A stretch of 64,000 nucleotides of DNA from Eledone cirrhosa (lineage: Eukaryota): assembly GCA_964016885.1 (NCBI GenBank), contig OZ024741.1, positions 107,880,001 through 107,944,000 on the forward strand. Reading direction: 5' to 3'. The notes below the pieces were generated by a model that saw only the letters and a list, made by a program, of their open reading frames with translations, searched no databases and had not been told where the DNA came from. Both the position numbers and the translations under genes were made by a program. Shown one piece after another: positions 54,054-64,000 of this stretch. Numbering within the stretch: the first letter of the stretch is position 1; each line of letters begins with the position of its first letter.

Positions 54054-54960
54054 CCAGAACAATTCTCCCATCCAATTTCTCTTGACCATTATCTTTTGTT
54101 TGTCATAAAATTCTCTAAAAAGGCTACAGAATAGATTTCCAAATAACGGCGCGAAAGTTTTATGAAAACTGGTTCACATGACAGCCATAATTTCATTTTT
54201 AACCAATCAAATTACGTTTATTAAAAAAAAGCCTCGTGAGCCCCCCTTTTTTTAAGTAAAAAGAAATTCAAACACACACACACACACAAGCACACAAATA
54301 AACATACATATCTTTACTCTCTTTATTCAATAGAAAATCTGAATTCTGACACCCCAGCGAACTAACCATATTCACTGAACCAGAACAATTCTCCCATCCA
54401 ATTTCTCTTGACCATTATCTTTTACTTGTCATAAAATAAAATTCTCTAAATAGGCTACAGAATAGATTTCCAAATGAGGGCGCGAAAATTTAATGAAAAC
54501 TTGTTCACGTGATAGTCATAATTTCATTTATAACCAATCAAATTACGTTTATTAAAAAAAAGCCTTCGAAAGCCTCCCTTTTTTTTAAGTAAAAAGAAAT
54601 TCAAATATGAAAAAACAACCTGTGACCCCCCCCCCCCCCCCCTGTTTGAAGAACTTTGTAACGCGAACTGGCGCGAAATTTATTATAATTATTGACCAAC
54701 CAATCAAATTACTTCTTGAAAAACCTGACATTTCGAGCCACTTTTTCCATATAAAACAAGTAACATTCAGAGACCAACCAGATGTGAGAAAAACCATAGA
54801 CCCTCCATCTCAACTCTACTTTTGAAAAGCAGAAGAACTGCGAAACCGGTAAAGGAACCAAATAAATATATATATTTTTTAAAAAGTAAAACTCCAGTTG
54901 CATTTTTCTTTATACTTTCACTCGGTTATTTTTCATTTTGTAAAAAAAACCTCACTTTCT
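54052..54960 (+). repeat. family C repeat with internal ~325-bp tandem duplication
   Basis: 54052-54272 matches 54378-54605; 54650-54905 matches 36060-36316. Confidence 0.8.
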
Positions 54961-54985
54961 AATATATATATATAAATATATAAAT

Positions 54986-55105
54986 GTCGAAATGGCCGGA
55001 GCTCAGCCGTCGGGGTCCTGACTCTTTTCCTATTATCCACTCTAAGTATCGAGCACTCTGCTCCGTTATGGTCCACCTGGTATCTTACCACACCTTTGTT
55101 TTATA
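54986..55105 (+). repeat. PLE family A terminus (3' half of HHR + tail)
   Basis: gtcGAAAtggccggagctcagccGTCggggtc plus tail. Confidence 0.7.
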
Positions 55106-55559
55106 TATATATATATATATATACATATATATATGGTACATATATATATGGTACATATGGTACATATGGTTTGGTTATGTGTATACGGGAGTTTTGCGTC
55201 TGTGTGAGTAAGCTGGTTCGTACGTATGTAGGGTGTGTGTATATGTGTACTTCATGTTTTGGTTTACTTACGTCTCCGAACATTTGTGTATTTACATGTA
55301 GGTATGTGTGTGCGCTTGTTATATACGTATTTATTTATTTATATGCGTTTATTTAATTAATTATTTATTTGTATACACGCACACACACACACACATATTT
55401 ATATGTGCGTGGTTTTGTAACCTATGGCAAGTGTTTTCGCGTATGCTTGTGTGTGTACGTATTTGCATGCGTGTATGTATTTATTTAATTTCTATTACCT
55501 CTGTATTGTATTTTATTTACTTTATTCTTAACTCTGAAGCGGAAAATGATTCGGTTTCC

Positions 55560-56053
55560 TAGTTAGAATTTTAGTCTACGACTTCAGTTATACCATTTAC
55601 GTGGTTTTGTCTTTGCGTGCAATTGTTCTCCACGATCCACATATGACGTATTATCTTCGTTTTTTCTGTGCATTGCCAGAGAACGTCTCTATGAACCACC
55701 TTAGAGAACATTAGTCTACGACTTCTTTTATACCATAAACGTGGTTCTGTATTTGCGCGTAATTGTTTTTCACCGCTCCTATTAATGACGTATTATATTC
55801 CTTTTTTCCCGTTCTTTGTCAGGGAACGTTTCCACGCACCAAAGTATCGTCTTCCTGTCTTCCTCCGGTTGCAACGTTTTTTGAAATATCCACTTCTGCG
55901 TTTACAGATTGACTTTGTTTGTTTCAGAAGATCCCGTTAAGGGTGAAAGCAGCGATTCTTTGTTTAATATTTGCTCTACGGTTCTTATATATTTGATATA
56001 TATTTATCCTTATCGAGCCCTCTTTGGATTTTAGTCTTCAAATTTATTATTAT

Positions 56054-56060
<7 letters not shown>
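55560..56060 (+). mobile_element. longer family B terminus (140-bp internal tandem + HHR-like core at 55925 + tail)
   Basis: acagattga...gttt-CAGAAGA-tcccgttaagggt-GAAA; the 3' strand of stem I is deleted in this copy. Confidence 0.65.
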
Positions 56061-56862
<802 letters not shown>

Positions 56863-57189
56863 TGAAATGTGTGTAATTCTGCCGGTGATATTTCGAACAG
56901 GAAAAGAGGATCGGTTTCATAGAAATATTTTCTGTCAATTGTTGTTGAAGTCATTTTTACAAACCACTGCTAGAGCTTCTAGAATTCAGATATGACAGAT
57001 CAGCATCAACAACAATGGCAGTAAAAATAATCGCGTGCAAATTATCTTCCCTACTAAAACACTATCTATTTATCAGCTGTTTAAAGGTAAACATCACTCA
57101 ACTATCATTTGATACTGCTAGATCAATGTACACCTACATATACAGGTGGCCCTATCAGTTGCCACAATATATATATATACATCGTATTA

Positions 57190-59100
57190 TTCTTCGTCTA
57201 GTAATTTCGAATGTGGGAGATCGTGGTGGTAGTGTCCTCAAGTCCGTCTTCAAGCTTGTCTTGTCAGAAGTAATTCTCTCTAATTGATCCGGTTGAATCT
57301 CCAAGCGTGACCAGCCGAACTCATTGATGTTATCGGACCATCTTGCTCTGGGTCTACCCATGGGTCTCCTGCTAGTTGTTGGTTTTGCCGGTAAAAAATT
57401 GTTCAGCGATTCTTTTCTTAGACAAGTTGACAACATTTCTGTATTATCTGAACTGCGATCTTACAATTCAAAGAAGTAGCGGCTCTAACTGCAGTGAATA
57501 GCTGATCTTCAAACTACACATTATTTAGAATAATGTTGCTACAAAGATCGTTCAGAGGAACCCTATTTCAGCTACTTGTATTCGCGATTGTATTCGTCGG
57601 TCATTACCCGAGCTTATAACCAGAGTTAAGGGTTGGCACAAATACAGCGACATTGGCTATTGCACCTTCCTCCATTCTTCTAATAGCGAAGGCTGACGCT
57701 GGCGCATTACTGTCTCAGCTCCTGCAATTCTTGCACTTAATTCAAGGGCACTTGTCATCACTTATTGAAATGACTCCGTGGACCTTCACTCACACGTAGA
57801 GTGCACTGCGAGGGCTTCCTGGAGAAGACGAGTTGCTTAGTTTTCGCCGCACTGATTTTCATTCCTGTCATGCAGCACTCAGCCACAAACCTATCAAATG
57901 CATGTCGGATGAGGTTATATGCATGCAACTTCTGGTGAGGTTATTAGTACCATGTCGTCTGCAAATTCTCGCCGACTGATCCCATACTCGATAGTCTTTT
58001 TGCCATTTTCAACACGGCTGAGCTTGTCAATAAAGTGAATGAAGATTATGAACAGGAGTCCGACACCTATTAATGGTTTCGAAGCTGCACGACTCATCAG
58101 AATACAAATAGCTGGGCATCCATATAAAAACTTCAAGGAAAAAACGCTGTACACAGATCCTAAACTGCTGCAGAACTCTCCCCTACAAGCCCTGTTGAAG
58201 GCAGTTATATTCCTTTTCGAGTCCTATGAAACAAATATATACCACATTCTTTCGAAGACCTGCCGCAATATGAATATTTGATGAGCTGTGCTGCGTTCGG
58301 CGCGAAAATCACCCTGTTCGTCAGCTAGTTCAGACTCAACACTGTCACTTTATCTCTTGGACAGACACCTCGCATAGACATTACAGGGGTGGCTTAACAA
58401 GGATATCCCTCTGTAATTAGAACAAACTCTCTTGTCTCTCTTTTTAAAAACTGGGATTAACACTCCCGATTGCCCGAGATTCAGATCACCCAGCACACAT
58501 GATCAGACAGGATATTTAAGGTTTTTAACATCTCGGGAAAATTTCCTATTCCGCAGAGGTTGTTCAAATTTAAGCTCTTTAATTGCTCTGGTGACCTCAT
58601 CCCTCGTAAGATTAGTTATCCTCCTAGATGCACTTCGTCTATATCATAATGTGCTCGGGCTTTTGAGATCGGCAAAGTGTCCTCTCCACCTCCCGAACGG
58701 ATAACTCCAGATGGATTCCTGATAGCAGGCAGGGAGAGGGAATTCATATTATGATGTCAGCAAATGATCTGCAGAATACCTAATTTGCTGATCTAAAGTA
58801 AGATTTCAGCTTAACCTCAAAGTACACCCATATCTTAACATTAGACGCATTTATTGTCTCTGCTGAAACATTTGACGTCTACTTATACAAGCACAAATGG
58901 GTGCGGTGATATTTTTAAACATCTGATTGAACCAAGGGTTCTTTCTGCCACCAGTCACCACACCAAACCATTTTCGCCCGCAGGATATCACAGCTGAAGC
59001 AGAAACTGCCAAACTGAACATATCCAGTCTCCAATCTGCATCACCACCCTCAGTTTGATCAGTGATTTCTCTCAAATTAGATGCAGTAGTATCCACACAC
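57190..59100 (-). mobile_element. decayed RTE-clade LINE (RT and C-terminus)
   Basis: PVFKKRDKRVCSNYRGISLLSHP, EQGDFRAERSTAHQIFILRQ, FADDMVL, RPMGRPRARWSDNI. Confidence 0.88.
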
Positions 59101-59878
59101 TTGGTCATGTTCTTATTATTAACCAGCGCTTGCCACTACATCCTGCAAGGCGAGTCGGATCTACCAGCTTCCTGTGTTCTCCTGGATTTAGTCAGAGTTA
59201 TGGTTATGCCGCAGAAAGCTCGCTGAGAGTCCACAACCCAGTAGGAAATCCATGATGAAAGAGGTCAGAAACAACAACAAAAATCAATCACAGACCGAGC
59301 AGTTCTGCTAGAGAAAGAGTTACAGGGGGTAGACAGCGATTCGGCCACCATATATGACGGTTAATCGCGATATACGTGAGCTACTACTGGACGAATAAGC
59401 AACATCAGACAACTAGCGACAAACTACTAGGAGAGATATAGTATTGAGTGACACTATTAGCTCTCAAGAAAACTCTCAAAACTAGAGCGATGCAGCTGCG
59501 ACGAGCCACGTGAATCCATCACTTAAAAAGCCTACTTTTCGCCGTTCTGAGAAATAAGGCTTTGAAATTGTTCATTCATCAACATATCGTATATCGCTAG
59601 ATATACAAAATACATTTGCTTATATCTATATAGCTATGTTGGAGTTAACACCTTAATTCTATTTTCCGACTGAACCGGCCAACAGCTCCATATGCAAATG
59701 AAGCTAATCAGTCTATGTACATAAGTATCAAAAGGTTTCAAAAAGGATGTTCGTCAGTGACAGATACCCACCTTTTACTTCTGTTGGAATCCGCTGATGG
59801 CGCTACGTCATCAGTTTCCAAATTCATTGCTGAAGGTCTATTTGTAAACATACCATATATCGCTAGATTTACAAAATA

Positions 59879-59932
59879 CTGATGATTTCTCCCGAATGAA
59901 ACAGTTTTAGTCCTGTAGAAACCATTTCTACA
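59879..59932 (+). ncRNA. family E hammerhead, 5' strand of stem I missing
   Basis: CTGATGA-t-ttc-tccc-gaa-t-GAAA-cag-ttttagtc-ctg-TA-gaaacc. Confidence 0.6.
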
Positions 59933-59939
59933 TTATATA

Positions 59940-60026
<87 letters not shown>

Positions 60027-60087
60027 AAAGGTAAACAGAAATAACAACACGGTCCGTACAGTATATATATATATATATACATATAAA

Positions 60088-60183
60088 TGGTGGCCCCCAA
60101 AAATGTACACATCAACAGCATTCTAATAAATATTTCCTGTATAAGTAATCAAAGTGTGCATACATATTTGGGGGGACACTCTG
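60088..60183 (+). mobile_element. Tc1/mariner MITE copy
   Basis: Homolog of 46246-46344. Confidence 0.75.
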
Positions 60184-60281
60184 TATATATATATATATAT
60201 AACGAAGGAAATGTGGTAAGGAACCAGGTGAACCATAACGCACCAAAGTACTCAATACTTGAGGTAGTAGAGTGGGTAATA

Positions 60282-60393
60282 GGAACCAGTAAGACCCCGA
60301 CAGCTGAGCTCAAGCCGTTTCGACGGCTAATTCTGGACTAAATGAAAATTTATCCTGGTATTTAAATAGCCGATCTTCTCAAGGGGTAATTCC
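60282..60393 (-). ncRNA. variant type I hammerhead (U3-A8 core), left-arm copy
   Basis: Reverse complement of 62645-62756. Confidence 0.75.
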
Positions 60394-61292
60394 ATATATG
60401 GTCAAAGTGATTGTCAAAAATCAGTAGTAATTCTGTGGTTGCAAATTAGTAGGGGAGATGGTGGCTAAACCTGCCAGTAGGAGAAAGAGGGGAGGGGTGG
60501 AGTAGACCCAATCAAGCGTTGGTAGTGCCAGCTACAGCTGGGCATGAGGTCAAAGAAGATACAGGGGAGGGGGAGGGGGAGGAAGTCGGAACGGTAGGTA
60601 GAACAATGGGGGGTAGAAATATATAGGAAAGAAAAAATACTGGGAGTGGAGAAAAGCAAATAAGTGTAAAGAAAAAAGTAAAGTAAATTAAATTCTACGA
60701 CCTAGGTCTCAGACTATTGTTAGGCTAGAATAAAATAAAGAAAGAAAGAAAGAAGTAAAGAAAAAAATAAATAAAGAAATAACGAAATAAGTAAAAGAAC
60801 TAGGTGGGACGGATAAGGCAAGGACCCTTTTAAGAGGTATAAGTACGTAAATGATACGGTGACGGATCAACAAAAGGGGCCAAAATACTAAAGAGACTAC
60901 CACGAAATAAACAATAAAGGTTTCCATCCCGGGCCAGCAACGACCCAGTGCAGCAAAGTGAACTTGTACGAGATAATAATTCTGAGTCCCGAGAAAAATA
61001 TATACTAATGCTAACTCTAAAAGATCTAAAACAAGCTACATGAAAGTTCGTACGAAATAAAGGTAGAATACGGAGAAATAAATTCAGAATCCACCTCGCC
61101 CAGAAGAAAAGCGAAGCAAGAAATACTGAAACGAAAAAATAAGGCATAAGTGCCACTAAGAAATATAGAGGGCACAGAGAATAGTGGGAGCGGTCGGAAA
61201 AAGGGGGAAAGTATCCGGGGTCTAAGCCAACTGCTATAAAGGGCGGAGTCCGCCAAATCTATCATAGACTAGGGGAGGGGGTGGTGGGGGTA

Positions 61293-61530
61293 CTACACTT
61301 TCGGGCCACATATGGGACCTCAAGGACAACAACATCACCTATGATCTCACTTGGAGATTACTGTCCAGAGCCAATTCTTACACGGGAGGACGCCGTCCGT
61401 GCAATTTATGCTCGGAGGAAACTTTACAAATGCTGTTTTCGACGGACCAACTCCTAAACAAGAAAGATGAACTGGTTACTGCATGTAAACATAGATTGCG
61501 TAGGACTTACCTCGCCCTCAAACCCCATAA
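61293..61530 (+). pseudogene. PLE GIY-YIG endonuclease C-terminus
   Basis: TLSGHIWDLKDNNITYDLTWRLLSRANSYTGGRRPCNLCSEETLQMLFSTDQLLNKKDELVTACKHR; same type as 38942-39265. Confidence 0.88.
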
Positions 61531-62644
61531 TGACCCGGGGGGGTAGACTAGGGCTATAACACCCCAGTTGCCGATTTTGCAATGGGTAACCCCTGCTTGC
61601 CAAGGAAGACGTAAGATCTTCTTTGTATTCTTTTATCGCTTCCTTTATTTCCTTCCCCCCTCTCTCCTTTGTCCTTCTACCCCAGCTCTTCTCCTTTGTC
61701 GGCGTCTTTTCTCGCCCACCCGAGGCTGCCCTTTGGCCCCATGTAGCCTTAGTACCCCCACCCCCCTCCCCTAGTCTTTGATAGATTTGGCGGACTCCGC
61801 CCTTTATAGCAGTTGGCTTAGACCCCGGATACTTTCCCCCTTTTTCCGACCGCTCCCACTATTCTCTGTGCCCTCTATATTTCTTAGTGGCACATGCCTT
61901 ATTTTTTCGTTTCAGTATTTCTTGCTTCGCTTTTCTTCTGGGCGGGGTGGATTCTGAATTTATTTCTCCGTATTCTACCTTTATTTCGTACGAACTTTCA
62001 TGTAGCTTGTTTTAGATCTTTTAGAGTTAGCATTAGTATATATTTTTCTCGGGACTCAGAATTATTATCTCGTACAAGTTCACTTTGCTGCACTGGGTCG
62101 TTGCTGGCTCGGGATGGAAACCTTTATTGTTTATTTCGTGGTAGTCTCTTTAGTATTTTGGCCCCTTTTGTTGACCCGTCACCGTATCATTTACGTACTT
62201 ATACCTCTTAAAAGGGTCCTTGCCTTATCCGTCCCACCTAGTTCTCTTACTTATTTCCTTATTTATTTATTTATTTATTTATTTACTTCTTTCTTTCTTT
62301 CTTTATTTTATTCTCGCCTAACAATAGCCTGACACCTAGGTCGTAGAATTTAATTTACTTTACTTTTTTCTTTACACTTATTTGCTTTTCTTCACTCTCA
62401 GTATTTTTTCTTTCCTATTTCTACCCCCCATTGTTCTACCCACCGTTCCGACTTCCTCCCCCTCCCCCTCCCCTGTATCTTCTTTGACCTCATGCCCAGC
62501 TGTAGCTGGCACTACCAACGCTTGATTGGGTCTACTCCACCCCCTCCCCTCTTTCTCCTACTGGCAGGTTTAGCCACCATCTCCCCTACTAATTTGCAAC
62601 CACAGAATTACTACTGATTTTTGACAATCACTTTGACCATATAT

Positions 62645-62959
<315 letters not shown>

Positions 62960-63517
62960 TATATATATATATATATGCGTGTTAAAATTGTCCTCATATT
63001 TAAAAGTTTCAGCAGCTGTTGTCTCCTATTCACCGTCTATGAAGGATATGAAAATAGACGATGGTAAAACTTGTTATTTCCTTTTTATTTCTGTGTTCTT
63101 ATTGGTAAACTTAATTTATATTATATCTGCCTTCTTGCTGTTTTTCTTTTATGGGCATTGTATTAATATATTACAAATGAATCACTTTTAAACCAATCCT
63201 TTTTACATGACACAGCACTACAAAATGTAATTCAGTCTTCTACATTCTTCAAATTAGGCGGGTGTTTCGTTTTATGTTTTCTTGTTGTTGTTGTAATTGA
63301 CGCATCCAGTCATTTGAGGTCTTTTTACAAAGAAGGATGCTAGCAGACAAATCGTTAGCTCAGACAATATTCTTAAGATTATATTTGCTCGTAATGCCAA
63401 ACATACCATTAGTGTTTTAAAAATCAAATGTTTTCTATGCAAGCTATTCACATATAATTTAGCGTCGCATACCCCCTCCCCCACCGCCAATATATGTATA
63501 TATATATATATATATCT

Positions 63518-63601
<84 letters not shown>

Positions 63602-63711
63602 AATTAATATCTAGTAACATATATATACATACAGATGCATATCAATGCTAGCAAATATATAGGTTTTGTCTTAGTAACATTGTGGTTCAATGCATGGGGT
63701 TGCAGAGCAAT

Positions 63712-63880
63712 AATATGAGAGACGTAAATAAGAAAATTATAAAATTAACTTACTTGACGACGGAATGTTTCTCTATATCTTCTTCGGAAAATATATTTAC
63801 TCCATTCCAGAAACTAATTAGTTGGAAGTGATAAGTAAGTAAGTTAATTTTATAATTTTCTTATTTACGTCTCTCATATA
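63712..63880. repeat. foldback: ~44-bp inverted arms
   Basis: atatgagagacgtaaataagaaaattataaaattaacttactt pairs with its reverse complement at 63837-63880. Confidence 0.8.
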
Positions 63881-63900
63881 TATATATATATATGTATACG

Positions 63901-63934
<34 letters not shown>

Positions 63935-64000
63935 CATATATATGTATATATATATGTATATATATATAGATATATATATATGTATATATACATATATATT

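Overview
AT-rich eukaryotic (animal) DNA, probably cephalopod/octopus-like (inferred from the SINE family and the extreme (TA)n/(CA)n/(GA)n density). No host gene can be identified confidently; almost all ORFs in the track are microsatellite artefacts. The window is mostly decayed transposable elements: a Tx1/L1-clade LINE (1-3.5 kb), R4/Dong-type and RTE LINE remnants, tRNA-SINEs, an RTE-derived non-autonomous element, a Helitron helicase remnant plus a probable non-autonomous Helitron, Tc1/mariner MITEs, and many Penelope-like element (PLE) remnants. The main result is five sequence-distinct families of type I hammerhead ribozyme (HHR) folds, all folded by hand and untested. Two have non-canonical cores (U3-A8 'UUGAGAA' and U4A 'CAGAAGA'). 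Several lie in head-to-head palindromic insertions in (TA)n whose arms end at fixed points relative to the ribozyme, and one lies in a ~426-bp tandem unit resembling a retrozyme/circRNA precursor. A few minus-strand splice-site-bounded segments may be exons of a host (pseudo)gene.
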